Below, piece by piece: positions 18,309-27,627 of a stretch of 52,248 nt of DNA. A model generated the notes under the pieces. It saw nothing but the letters and a program-made list of their open reading frames with translations. It had not been told where the DNA came from and ran no database searches. This DNA is from a virus (taxonomy: Duplodnaviria; Caudoviricetes), in the IMG/VR virus record IMGVR_UViG_3300009420_001906, positions 1 to 52,248 of that record; one strand, written 5' to 3'. Within the stretch, counting starts at the first letter, position 1. The number at the start of each line of letters is the position of its first letter. Made by a program: the position numbers and the translations under genes.

Positions 18309-19136
18309 TTATTTTCCTCCAGCGAATTGTTGCTGTAATGCAATATCGTCAAAAAATTCTTTCTTTACATCCGCCTCATTAAATCTACCTTTTAGTACAG
18401 TAGTCTGAGTAAGAGATGAATGCGCCATAATGCCTCTATTCTCACAGCAACCATGAGTCGCGTGAATATATACAGCAATATCTTCTGTGCCTGTTGCGTC
18501 TTGTAATTCTTTTACAATAGCGTTAGTCAGTTCTTCTTGCAAAGTACCTCTACGAGCAACCCATTGAGCAATTCGTGTATACTTTGATAATCCAATAACC
18601 TTTCCATTAGGAATGATACCAATATAAGCAGTGCCAACTACTGGTTGGTGATGATGAGAGCAGACAGATTTTAATTCTGATCTTACTACTAACATCCCTG
18701 TATAAGCATCTTCACCTACATTAGGAAATGCTGTCGCGACTGGTCTTTCATCATATCTACCAGCAAGGAGCTCGTTGATATACATTTTAGCTAGACGCTT
18801 TGGCGTTCCTTTAGCATTAGGATCGTTCTTCCAATCAATAAGGAGTCTATGTAAAACCTCTTCAAAGGCTTCAGCCACCTCATCTATTAGATTTAGTTTA
18901 CCAGACGCAGTTAATACTCCTGCTATATTATCATTAGAGAAAGCTCTTAAGCCTTCCTTTTTAATAACATTCCAGTAGAGTTCATGAACTTTATTTTTAT
19001 TCGGCATGTCTATATTATAGTCGCTTTTAGGTGGAATGGCAACAGCTTTTCTTTTTAATATTGATTCATTGCGATCATCTTCGAATGAAGAAAATGCTCC
19101 TTCCTTATTAGTCTGATACTCTATTTCATCAATCAT
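18309..19136 (-). CDS. folE: GTP cyclohydrolase I
   Basis: TPKRLAKMY, SVCSHHHQP, IGLSKYTR, LQEELT, HGCCENRG. Confidence 0.95.
   Translation of the reverse strand: MIDEIEYQTNKEGAFSSFEDDRNESILKRKAVAIPPKSDYNIDMPNKNKVHELYWNVIKKEGLRAFSNDNIAGVLTASGKLNLIDEVAEAFEEVLHRLLIDWKNDPNAKGTPKRLAKMYINELLAGRYDERPVATAFPNVGEDAYTGMLVVRSELKSVCSHHHQPVVGTAYIGIIPNGKVIGLSKYTRIAQWVARRGTLQEELTNAIVKELQDATGTEDIAVYIHATHGCCENRGIMAHSSLTQTTVLKGRFNEADVKKEFFDDIALQQQFAGGK
19014..19042 (-). promoter_or_regulatory. Sigma70-type promoter inside the 5' part of folE
   Basis: TTGCCA-17bp-TATAAT, then 6 nt, then in-frame ATG at 19007. Confidence 0.7.
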
Positions 19137-19588
19137 TTAACTCTCCTACAAGTTGCTGAATTATGTTCGTGCTCTCGTACCGTTACTTGCTCAACCCAGC
19201 ATCTATTACCGTATTGATCGTTAATAATATCTTGAGCCATATCGAATACCATTTGAGAAAATCTCTCACATCCTACTGCTTCAACTACTCTTATGTCTAT
19301 AAGACCATCTTTATAGAGTTGAGTGAACGTCTCTAAGTGAGGGTCATCTGCTGCAACTAAGCACGTATGATCAAACATAGTCTTAAGCCATGTTTTTAAA
19401 GCTTTAAGGCCACCGAAGTCAACTACCCAGTTGCGTTCATCTAATCCATCACTACCAAATTGTAGTTCAAATTGCAGAGCGTAACCATGTATTAATTTGC
19501 AATGACTATCTGCTCTCCATTGTCTAAACGCACAGCTATGTCCTGTGCTATGGGAATAAGTCTTCCCTGATAAAAATTCTACTGCCAT
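19133..19588 (-). CDS. queD: 6-carboxytetrahydropterin synthase QueD
   Basis: HCKLIHGY, WVVDFGGLK, FDHT, GCERF, VREHEHNSA. Confidence 0.92.
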   Translation of the reverse strand: MAVEFLSGKTYSHSTGHSCAFRQWRADSHCKLIHGYALQFELQFGSDGLDERNWVVDFGGLKALKTWLKTMFDHTCLVAADDPHLETFTQLYKDGLIDIRVVEAVGCERFSQMVFDMAQDIINDQYGNRCWVEQVTVREHEHNSATCRRVK

Positions 19589-19597
19589 ATTATTCTC

Positions 19598-19945
19598 CTA
19601 TATTGCGCTGACGATCAGAGCTAATGTTAAAAAATGTGCAAACTGATCCGTACCATGCAGCATCCAAAATCCTTGACTATCAGGATCTAAACTATATTTG
19701 TAATCGATCTGAGCTTTAGCCCAGTCGATATGATAATGAACCAATCCATTACCAATTGCTAGAAAGATTGCAAACCAGCTATTAACAAAAAATGTCAATA
19801 CAATAAATGTAAACGCTGCATGTATTCCAGAATGAAATACAGCTGTGTTTAAACCATACTCTCTCTTGTCTCGTATCATATCAGAGTCTTGCAGAAAGTA
19901 ATCAGCTAGCGTATGCCCTGTCATTAAAAGTATTAGTTCAATCAT
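19598..19945 (-). CDS. DUF3307-like membrane protein
   Basis: H.LADY.LQ, HSGIH, HYHIDWAK, GTDQFAH with hydrophobic helices; ATG 19945 preferred as start. Confidence 0.7.
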   Translation of the reverse strand: MIELILLMTGHTLADYFLQDSDMIRDKREYGLNTAVFHSGIHAAFTFIVLTFFVNSWFAIFLAIGNGLVHYHIDWAKAQIDYKYSLDPDSQGFWMLHGTDQFAHFLTLALIVSAI

Positions 19946-20393
19946 GTTTTGTCTCCCACCAGAAGTCAACCCAACTGTCATCAGTTGACCTTTCTATTGT
20001 CTTGTGCCAGAAGTCTGGCTGAATATCTTGATCGATATTATAGTAACAGCAAGCTATACTGAGATTTTCTTTTGGAAAAACCCCCCAGGTTTCTAATAGA
20101 GAATTAATTGTAAGACCTGAGTCTATAATATCATCTACTAGTAAAATCTTTTGACCGTCCCGCATATCATCTGCAGGGATATCATTATATTCTTTCTGCG
20201 CGAAGTCTCTATGAGACCATGTAATGCATTCTAATGGCATGCCTAGTTCGTATGATAGTCTAACAGCAAGTGGAAGTCCACCTCTCGCTAATCCTACTAC
20301 TCTATCATATGTTGTTCCAACAGCTCTAATATTATTTAAAATATAGTCGACGCCATCTTCAAACTCTTTATAGTTATATTTTATTTTCTTCAT
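19938..20393 (-). CDS. Type I phosphoribosyltransferase (Gpt-like)
   Basis: GLARGGL, LLVDDIIDSGLT PRPP motif, WVDFWWE. Confidence 0.9.
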   Translation of the reverse strand: MKKIKYNYKEFEDGVDYILNNIRAVGTTYDRVVGLARGGLPLAVRLSYELGMPLECITWSHRDFAQKEYNDIPADDMRDGQKILLVDDIIDSGLTINSLLETWGVFPKENLSIACCYYNIDQDIQPDFWHKTIERSTDDSWVDFWWETKHD

Positions 20394-20910
20394 TTTTATA
20401 CCATGTTACGAGTACTAGTCTAGTACCGCTCTCCACTTTACTAACTGAATGTAATACACTCGGTCCATATTTTATTGTCTCACCGACTGCTTGATTAACT
20501 ACTATAGGGATAATACTATCTCCTGCTTTATAATCACCTTCGGTATATCGGTTAGTTACTTCTGGAGTTACTTCTATATCTTTTTTATAGTGAGGCTCCA
20601 TTACAATTATTTCGCCGCCTTGCAGGTTTTCTGTCTCGAGTAATGTTATTGATGTGCCAGTGATTACATCATCGTTGTCACTATGCATTCGAGTAAAAGA
20701 ATCCTTCTCCATCATTAAGAAATAAGCTGCGTATAGACTCATGCCTTCTTCTCTTAAGATGTCAGGCACATCATCAAGTGAAATATCCTTCTTAATCATA
20801 TAGTGAAGATTATAGAATCTCTTTATACGTTCTTCCGGAAGCGAATGATAGAGCTCTATCAGAGCTTCTCTATCAGGAATGCTTATAAGTCTATCTCTAC
20901 TAAACACCAA
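20374..20910 (-). CDS. 2OG-Fe(II) oxygenase
   Basis: MHSD, GGE, HSVSKVESGTRLVLVTW. Confidence 0.8.
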   Translation of the reverse strand: MVFSRDRLISIPDREALIELYHSLPEERIKRFYNLHYMIKKDISLDDVPDILREEGMSLYAAYFLMMEKDSFTRMHSDNDDVITGTSITLLETENLQGGEIIVMEPHYKKDIEVTPEVTNRYTEGDYKAGDSIIPIVVNQAVGETIKYGPSVLHSVSKVESGTRLVLVTWYKNEENKI

Positions 20911-21814
20911 TTACATTGCCCCATATATAAGCATGCACTCGTGCACTAACATTAAAGCCTCTTTTGAAAGCTTCTGTTGCGACGTCTGCTGCTACAAGTT
21001 CTTGACCTTCTACGGTTGCGCCTACTGGCATAATCCATACAGGCCAATTAACACCTGCATATCTAAACTGCTCAATTGTATCTTCTAATTCATCCCAGCA
21101 CTCTTTAGTTCCATTAACAACGAACTTAAGCTGCCCTGAGTGAGCAAATTCTTGATATGAATTAACAATATCAGGTCTGATTGCTCTCTTAGATTCTTCT
21201 CCTGATACAGTATACAATTTAGGACTGCATGATATAAATAACTCGCTGCCCCAAACGTCTCTATACTCTTGCCAGAAGTTTATATAATCGCTTGTTTCGA
21301 TTTCTTTAGTTCCATTAGTTTCATATGTAACACTTCTTGGATAATCTCTTTGATCAATCCAATACTTCATCATATCCATTGAACACTGCTGAGCAGTCTT
21401 CATCATCGGCTCCCCGCCTGTGAAACACATATGCCTATTAAGCCACATACCTGCATTCCATTTATTTTTAAATGACTCACGAACTTTATCTGCTAAAGTT
21501 TCTGCATCATCCATCATTTGAAGTTTTTTGAATTTCTTAGCCCATGAATATGAACTATCACATCCCTTATCCCATACAGGAAGGTCTGTCATTTTTTGAT
21601 ACTTAAGCTCTCCGTCATCGTTGAGTTCAGTTAAGTCGATTTTTTGATAAGGTAAGTCCCATGTCTCAGGTTTAGTAGGATGATCCTGACCAAAGCCGTC
21701 GCATTGAAGATTACATAAGAAGAATCTCAACCAAGCTGTGGGTACACCTGTGTACTGTCCTTCACCTTGAATCGAGTCGAAGATCTCTGAATAGAGATAC
21801 TTTTTATTTGCCAT
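20900..21814 (-). CDS. queE: 7-carboxy-7-deazaguanine synthase QueE (radical SAM)
   Basis: SEIFDSIQGEG..TG.P, CNLQC...CDS, FTGGEPM, ETNGT, SPKL, RVH.YIWG. Confidence 0.93.
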   Translation of the reverse strand: MANKKYLYSEIFDSIQGEGQYTGVPTAWLRFFLCNLQCDGFGQDHPTKPETWDLPYQKIDLTELNDDGELKYQKMTDLPVWDKGCDSSYSWAKKFKKLQMMDDAETLADKVRESFKNKWNAGMWLNRHMCFTGGEPMMKTAQQCSMDMMKYWIDQRDYPRSVTYETNGTKEIETSDYINFWQEYRDVWGSELFISCSPKLYTVSGEESKRAIRPDIVNSYQEFAHSGQLKFVVNGTKECWDELEDTIEQFRYAGVNWPVWIMPVGATVEGQELVAADVATEAFKRGFNVSARVHAYIWGNVIGV

Positions 21815-21872
21815 TTTAGCTCCTAGTTTTGTTTTATTCGCTGTGGAAGGGCACAGCTACAATAATATTTAG
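21815..21872 (-). promoter_or_regulatory. Candidate structured leader (preQ1-I-like pseudoknot) of queE
   Basis: GCUGUG-CCCUUC-CACAGC stem-loop, then GAAUAAAACAAAACUAGGAG; CTAAATA at 21866-21872. Confidence 0.4.
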
Positions 21873-22414
21873 CTGCCTTGCTTAGCCTTAGCGATCTTAA
21901 TCGCATGGTTCTTAACCAGCCGCGTCACCTTCTTCCATTTTCTCTGAAATCTGTCTCTATGAATAGTATTTGCTCTTGTGAAGTATTCTATTCCATCTAG
22001 ATGATCTAACTCATGTTGGAATACCCTTGAGGCCATTCCGTCAAATTTCTTTGTGCATACATTGCCGTATGGATCTTGAAATCTAACTCTTGTAAATCTT
22101 GGACGTCTGATTTTAATAGTAACTCCAGGATAGGATAAGCATCCTTCGTCCATTAGAATTAATTCTTCACCAGTATACGTTATTTTCGGATTAAAGGCAA
22201 CTATCATAGGCTCTGAATACATAACAAATGCTCTTGCTCTGATGCCTAATTGATTAGCTGCTAGTCCAGCGCCTGCCTCATTCTTAATAGTGTCGATTAG
22301 AGTGTGTGCTAACTTAACTGCATCATTCTCCGGGTCGTTAAAGTCATAGTCAGGTACTACTGACCTGAGCATATCATTCCTATCGCCGAATGGTATTATA
22401 ATTTTTTGACTCAT
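21869..22414 (-). CDS. def: Peptide deformylase
   Basis: GAGLAANQLG, EGCLS, QHELDHLDG. Confidence 0.95.
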   Translation of the reverse strand: MSQKIIIPFGDRNDMLRSVVPDYDFNDPENDAVKLAHTLIDTIKNEAGAGLAANQLGIRARAFVMYSEPMIVAFNPKITYTGEELILMDEGCLSYPGVTIKIRRPRFTRVRFQDPYGNVCTKKFDGMASRVFQHELDHLDGIEYFTRANTIHRDRFQRKWKKVTRLVKNHAIKIAKAKQGS

Positions 22415-24126
22415 GTTGCTATTCTACTGAAAGACTTAACTTTCTCAAATCTAATTATGTTTTGAAACTTGTCTATTAAAGTGTCGCCCTTATGTGATAT
22501 TATATACACATTTGTGTCAGAAGTCAACTCATTTAGTAACTTTAGGAACTCTTCAGTACCAGTTGAATCTAGACTACTATCAAACACCTCATCCATTATT
22601 AATAGATTAGTTGAAGCACTGTTTCTTATCTTAGCAATTGAGCGCCATGTGAACAATAATGATAAGTCAATTCTCATCTTCTCACCCTCTGAGAACGATG
22701 CGTATGAGAAGTCATCTCTGAATCTAGACCTAATAGTCTCATTAAAGTTTTCATCTAATTCAAACTGCACAAAGAAGTCCATTGCTGCTAGATACTTATT
22801 GACTAGCTTATTCATAATGGGTACGTATTGTTTAATGATCTTAGATTTAATGCCTGAGTCTTTTAATATAGAAGATACAACTGCTAGAGTCCCTCTATCC
22901 AATACTGTAGCTTCTTTTACCTCTTCTTCTGATAAAAGCTTATCACTAAATTTATCTAGGTTAGCATGCTCTTGTTTCTTGCTGCCTTTAAAGTCGCTAA
23001 GCTTAGCATTATCTGCTATCAATTTAGTCGACGTAGCATTTAAAGTATTAACTGCCCAATTCCATTCACTGATGGTTGATTGCATATTAATAATCTCAGT
23101 CTGCGTCTTAGATATTTCTTCTAGTCTATCTTCTGCTTTCTGTACTTCAATTAGTAACTGTTCTATCCCTTCAGTTTTCTCTTGAATTCTATTGTTATGT
23201 GTACATGCTATATCTTCAGCGAACTCAGGATTAATTTCCTGCTCACATGTATGACATTTATCAGCCGTCTCATAGAACTTGACTTTACCTTCTAGGTCTG
23301 TTACCTGCGATGTTAGTTTAGTTCTTAGTTCTTTAAGCTTCTCATACTTACCTTTTAACTTGGTTGCATCCTCTATTGAAGTCTTTAAGCTATTGATGTC
23401 CTGTGTGGAGACATCTATTTGCCCTAAGAGAGCCTGTGTCTCCGCTGTGTTATTAGTTACCTGTAGTAAGTTATCTTGGATTCTTTTTTCGTTGTCTAAT
23501 TCAAGGGAGAGAATGTGTTGATTAGTTAGAGCAATCTTTTCTTCTAGTACAGTTATTGATAGTTTAATATCAGTTAACTCTTTCTCATTAGTAGATACTC
23601 GCTCGCGTAACAGGAGAGACATAACTGAGAAGATTTGCAAATCGAGCAGGTCTTCAATCACCTCTCTTCTATGCATTGTTTGTAATTGCATAAAGGGAAC
23701 AAATGATGTGCTTCCTAATACAACTACTTGACTAAAAGCTTTGAATGATAACTTAAGTATATGCTTCTCTAAATGCTCTTGGTAATCTCTTACGCTAGCA
23801 TCTTGATTAACCATCTTACCATTAACCCATACTTCAAATATAGAAGGCTTAGCTCCTCTTATAATCTTATACTTATTCTGTCCAATATTAAAATACAATT
23901 GTACTTTCATATCTTTCTGGTTGATAGAGTTAATTAGCTGCGGCTTCGATACCTTTCTAAACGGCTTACCATATAGAGCAAATGCTAAAGCGTCTAGAAA
24001 TGTAGATTTACCCGCGCCATTATCTCCTATGACTAGTGTAGTAGGATTGTTGTCGAGTTCTAATTCTGTATAGGTGTTTCCAGTGGATAGAAAGTTCTTC
24101 CACTTAATCGTTTTAAATGTTATCAA
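22411..24126 (-). CDS. gp46: Recombination endonuclease, SbcC/Rad50-like subunit
   Basis: KNFLSTGN, GDNGAGKST, CxxC hook, FSEGEKMR, MDEVFD. Confidence 0.96.
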   Translation of the reverse strand: MITFKTIKWKNFLSTGNTYTELELDNNPTTLVIGDNGAGKSTFLDALAFALYGKPFRKVSKPQLINSINQKDMKVQLYFNIGQNKYKIIRGAKPSIFEVWVNGKMVNQDASVRDYQEHLEKHILKLSFKAFSQVVVLGSTSFVPFMQLQTMHRREVIEDLLDLQIFSVMSLLLRERVSTNEKELTDIKLSITVLEEKIALTNQHILSLELDNEKRIQDNLLQVTNNTAETQALLGQIDVSTQDINSLKTSIEDATKLKGKYEKLKELRTKLTSQVTDLEGKVKFYETADKCHTCEQEINPEFAEDIACTHNNRIQEKTEGIEQLLIEVQKAEDRLEEISKTQTEIINMQSTISEWNWAVNTLNATSTKLIADNAKLSDFKGSKKQEHANLDKFSDKLLSEEEVKEATVLDRGTLAVVSSILKDSGIKSKIIKQYVPIMNKLVNKYLAAMDFFVQFELDENFNETIRSRFRDDFSYASFSEGEKMRIDLSLLFTWRSIAKIRNSASTNLLIMDEVFDSSLDSTGTEEFLKLLNELTSDTNVYIISHKGDTLIDKFQNIIRFEKVKSFSRIAT

Positions 24127-25178
24127 TTTATTGTCAAAGCCTCTGAATATAGATCACCGATAACAGAAGATACATCTTCTTTATTAACCACCGTGTCTAA
24201 GCTATTTACATAGTTATGTAATATTGTGAGCGTGTCTTCTGCTTCTTGTATGAGCTCGTCTTCGTCTTCCAAATCTAGATTAAGATGGTCTTCTACTACT
24301 TGCAGATGAATTGGTTCTTGCTTCTCAAGTCGCTCAATAAACATATCGAACCAGTAAGGGTTTGTTTTATTTTTAACTATAAGTTTTACGAAACAGTTTC
24401 TATATTGACTGAAGTCTTGTTCTATAATATCTGTTATTACTGCGTCTTCATCTGAATACCAAATCTTCTTAAACATTGTATTTGGATTCTTAATAAACTC
24501 TATTGATCTATCATCTGTATCATAGATATGAAATCCTTTTTGATCATCAGCATCTGACCAAGTCATCTCATATGGTGTTCCTAGATAATTAATATTACCT
24601 CTCTGAGATTTAGTATGGAAGTGCCCTGAGCATACAAGATCAAATTTCGATAAGAAGTCATCCTTCATTCCTATTCCAGGTATCACCTGACCTCTATACA
24701 TCTGATAACCAGACAGCTCTAAATGACCAAACAGTACTTGACATTTAGTTTTAGCAATCAAGTCATCTGTTTGCTGCCTGTTGTCGTCACATATCCATGG
24801 AAGCATTACAATACCATTCCACTCTGTAGGTTCTTCGTATGTAACGATGTTGGGGTACGCTTCAGCTAATAATTTAACAGAGTTAATCTCTAATGTATTC
24901 TTATAGAACGAATCATGATTACCAACTAGCATATGAACAGTGATTTTTCTCTCCGCTAACGGAGTAAAGAACATCTTTTTTGCTCTATCTAATGAATAGA
25001 AGTTTATAAACTTTCTACGGTCAAAAGTATCTCCTAGATCAACAACAGTATCAATACTATTCTCATCTATATAAGGAAAAAATACTTCTTTGAAAAACCT
25101 TTCCTGAAAATCTGCTACTTTTTGGTTATCGTTTCTACAGCCGAAATGTAAATCAGTTACTAGTGCTATCTTTGCCAT
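24123..25178 (-). CDS. gp47: Recombination endonuclease, SbcD/Mre11-like subunit
   Basis: TDLHFG, LGDTFD, GNHD, GHLE, SGHFH; true start likely MAKIAL at 25178. Confidence 0.95.
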   Translation of the reverse strand: MAKIALVTDLHFGCRNDNQKVADFQERFFKEVFFPYIDENSIDTVVDLGDTFDRRKFINFYSLDRAKKMFFTPLAERKITVHMLVGNHDSFYKNTLEINSVKLLAEAYPNIVTYEEPTEWNGIVMLPWICDDNRQQTDDLIAKTKCQVLFGHLELSGYQMYRGQVIPGIGMKDDFLSKFDLVCSGHFHTKSQRGNINYLGTPYEMTWSDADDQKGFHIYDTDDRSIEFIKNPNTMFKKIWYSDEDAVITDIIEQDFSQYRNCFVKLIVKNKTNPYWFDMFIERLEKQEPIHLQVVEDHLNLDLEDEDELIQEAEDTLTILHNYVNSLDTVVNKEDVSSVIGDLYSEALTIN

Positions 25179-25740
25179 CTTTATCCATGAATTTTTCAAG
25201 GCCTTTTTCTGCCTTTTTGCTCTCACGTTTTTGTTTACGAGCTTCAATTTTATCTTCAAAGTTAGTTACAAAGTCTTTCATATAATCTGATTGTAAGTTC
25301 ACTCCTATCGAAACGCCTCCCTCTGCCTGCTCATGGTAATCAACTAACTCATCCATTACCATATGATTCTCTAATGCTTTATGCTTAACATATAACTGTC
25401 TCTTCTCTCTATCGATTCGTCTTAGGAACGCATAATAGATTATCTGAGTAAAATATGCAAACGGGTTCTTGCTCTTTTCAGGGTCAAAGTTATTTAAATA
25501 GTTAATACAGTTCTCAATACCATCACCAACCATTTCCTCTCTGAACATATAGTTAGCAAAATTAGGCTTGTATGATAGTCTGTTAGCTATCTGCAATAAA
25601 CATTCTCCGACATAGTTTGGTATCTTAGGATATTTTTTATGATGTCTATCATATCCTTTCTCCTCTGCTGCTAGTCTCTTCTCTTTGAACTCTAATAGAG
25701 TCCGATATAGTTCTTTATTGTCGACGTAATGTTTGCCCAT
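25153..25740 (-). CDS. gp55: Late sigma factor
   Basis: HYVDNKE, PNFANY, NPFAYFTQIIYYAFLRRI.REK.Q. Confidence 0.96.
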   Translation of the reverse strand: MGKHYVDNKELYRTLLEFKEKRLAAEEKGYDRHHKKYPKIPNYVGECLLQIANRLSYKPNFANYMFREEMVGDGIENCINYLNNFDPEKSKNPFAYFTQIIYYAFLRRIDREKRQLYVKHKALENHMVMDELVDYHEQAEGGVSIGVNLQSDYMKDFVTNFEDKIEARKQKRESKKAEKGLEKFMDKDGKDSTSN

Positions 25741-26159
25741 TAGTGTATCTCCGTATTAGCGAGGTTCTTTATTTCTAGATATGCCTCTAATTCTTCAAGT
25801 GCTTCCCTATCGATAGAATGGGCTTCTAGTTCAACCTCTTCTTCTGTCTGGATTGGTTTTCTTCTCTCGAACCATTGTTTTATAAACTTCTCTCTATGTA
25901 CGATCAGAGAGTGGTCTAGTTCATCATAGTATGCTATGACATGATCTTTATAGATTCTACTTATAATAGGTGATGCTTTTGGAAACGGATTATGCATCCC
26001 AGAAAAGAAGTATCTAAATTCGGTAATTGATATTGGTGAACTAGCTAGAACAACTGCGTTCTTTATTTCCATATACGCTTCATTCTCAGAGACTACCTCT
26101 CCAACAACTGAAGTTTTATCTAGAAGTTTTACTAAGGCTATTATTGTTTGTTCAGTCAT
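25740..26159 (-). CDS. Hypothetical protein
   Basis: 139 aa ORF coupled between uvsW and gp55. Confidence 0.7.
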   Translation of the reverse strand: MTEQTIIALVKLLDKTSVVGEVVSENEAYMEIKNAVVLASSPISITEFRYFFSGMHNPFPKASPIISRIYKDHVIAYYDELDHSLIVHREKFIKQWFERRKPIQTEEEVELEAHSIDREALEELEAYLEIKNLANTEIH

Positions 26160-27627
26160 TTATTTTAACTTGGTATATTTTATAATCAAATTTTTCATCA
26201 TTATAATACTTAACCCTTTCAGCAAAATGCTGTAGTGTATAATTCACTTTAGCTTTGTATTGTAGATCGTCTGCAATATCGAACAATGTAGCTTCAGTCT
26301 TTCTATCTGATCGTCTCAGGCCTCTTCCTACTGATTGTAAAACTCTAATCTTAGACTTCGAAGGCGATGCGAATACTATATTGTCTAGGTTCTTTATATT
26401 TATGCCTGTACTAAATGTACCATAAGAAGCAACTATAACTGCATCTTTTTCACCTTCGACTATTCCTCTAATCTCTTCTCTTGTCTGTGCTTTTATCTCA
26501 CCTGACACGAAGAAGATCTGTCTATCAAAGAGCGCTGCTTTTTGTTGTTCTATAAGGTTATTATATATTATTTTGCCATGCTTTTCAACTAATTGGTATA
26601 AGACTAATGTGTTGCCTTTTAGTGACATGACTAGGTTCTGTAGGAAGGTTAATCTTCCTTGATGTGCAACTATGAATTGCATCTCTTCTTGATAGGTTTG
26701 TCCCTTTCTCTCTTTGCATGTTGCTTCTGGATAACCTAACTGTATGCATTTGATCTTTAGCTCAGCTAACGTGCCTTCATCCATTAGCTCTTTAGATGTT
26801 GTAACCTTCTTAGTAGCTCCAAACAATCCTTCTAGTACTAACTTATGAGTCATTGTACCATCTAATGTGCCTGTAAAGCCATATCTATATTCACAGCTCT
26901 CTAATTTAGTCATAATAGCTGTAAGAGATTTAGACTTAAAGTTATGCGCTTCATCTCCCATAACACATTTGAATTGATTAAACCAAGGCTTAGGCATTTT
27001 ATATATTGACTGCCAGGTTGATACAACTATGTCTTCATCAATATCATTACGCCAGCTTTTGTCTTGTGTTCCATCAATGACTCTTACATTCTTGTCGTAG
27101 CCATATTCCTGGAAGTCTGTCTTCATCTGATATACTAGCGATGTAGTAGGGACTATAACAAGTATCTTTCTACCTGCTTCTATCATCTTCTTAGCTAGCA
27201 TATAGATAATTAATGACTTGCCTGATGCTGTCGGTGATAGTAATAGAGCTCTTCTTGTTCTCATTGCATGAGCAAATGCTTCTACTTGATAATCTCTTGG
27301 CTCAAAGGTAGTTGAAGCAGAGCAAAACTCTTGTGCTTCTTTTAATGAATAGTCTGTATCTTGTAATTCGTAATCTACGTCAACTGTATACTCTCTATCA
27401 TAAGCAAACTTTCTTATGTAGGGAATTAATCCAGCATATAAGAGTCCAGTAGCAACATTGAAAAGTCTTATCTTACCGTCCCAGAATTTACTTTTAACCT
27501 GCGGCATAAACTTAGCTCCAGGTACTACAAATGTGAAGTACTCAGATAGTTCATATCCTACACCCGGTTCGCATAATACCTTTATGTATGCGTCGTTGTA
27601 TTTTTCGACGGTGATTAGATCAGACAT
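26152..27627 (-). CDS. uvsW: DNA helicase UvsW
   Basis: WDGKIRL, PRDYQ, PTASGKS, DEAH, LQSVGRGLR. Confidence 0.96.
   Translation of the reverse strand: MSDLITVEKYNDAYIKVLCEPGVGYELSEYFTFVVPGAKFMPQVKSKFWDGKIRLFNVATGLLYAGLIPYIRKFAYDREYTVDVDYELQDTDYSLKEAQEFCSASTTFEPRDYQVEAFAHAMRTRRALLLSPTASGKSLIIYMLAKKMIEAGRKILVIVPTTSLVYQMKTDFQEYGYDKNVRVIDGTQDKSWRNDIDEDIVVSTWQSIYKMPKPWFNQFKCVMGDEAHNFKSKSLTAIMTKLESCEYRYGFTGTLDGTMTHKLVLEGLFGATKKVTTSKELMDEGTLAELKIKCIQLGYPEATCKERKGQTYQEEMQFIVAHQGRLTFLQNLVMSLKGNTLVLYQLVEKHGKIIYNNLIEQQKAALFDRQIFFVSGEIKAQTREEIRGIVEGEKDAVIVASYGTFSTGINIKNLDNIVFASPSKSKIRVLQSVGRGLRRSDRKTEATLFDIADDLQYKAKVNYTLQHFAERVKYYNDEKFDYKIYQVKIND

Noticed and set aside
13686-21814. Island as tRNA queuosine biosynthesis
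   Set aside because: No queA, queG/queH or canonical zinc-binding tgt in the window; kinase, PRTase and formyltransferase context fits DNA modification better, though not proven
21869-22414. Peptide deformylase as an eraser of the formyl-base modification
   Set aside because: Canonical PDF motifs, common in aquatic phages, and separated from queE by a promoter-like element
22469-23185. 238-aa plus-strand ORF
   Set aside because: Antisense shadow of gp46; Ser/Leu-rich with no recognisable motif
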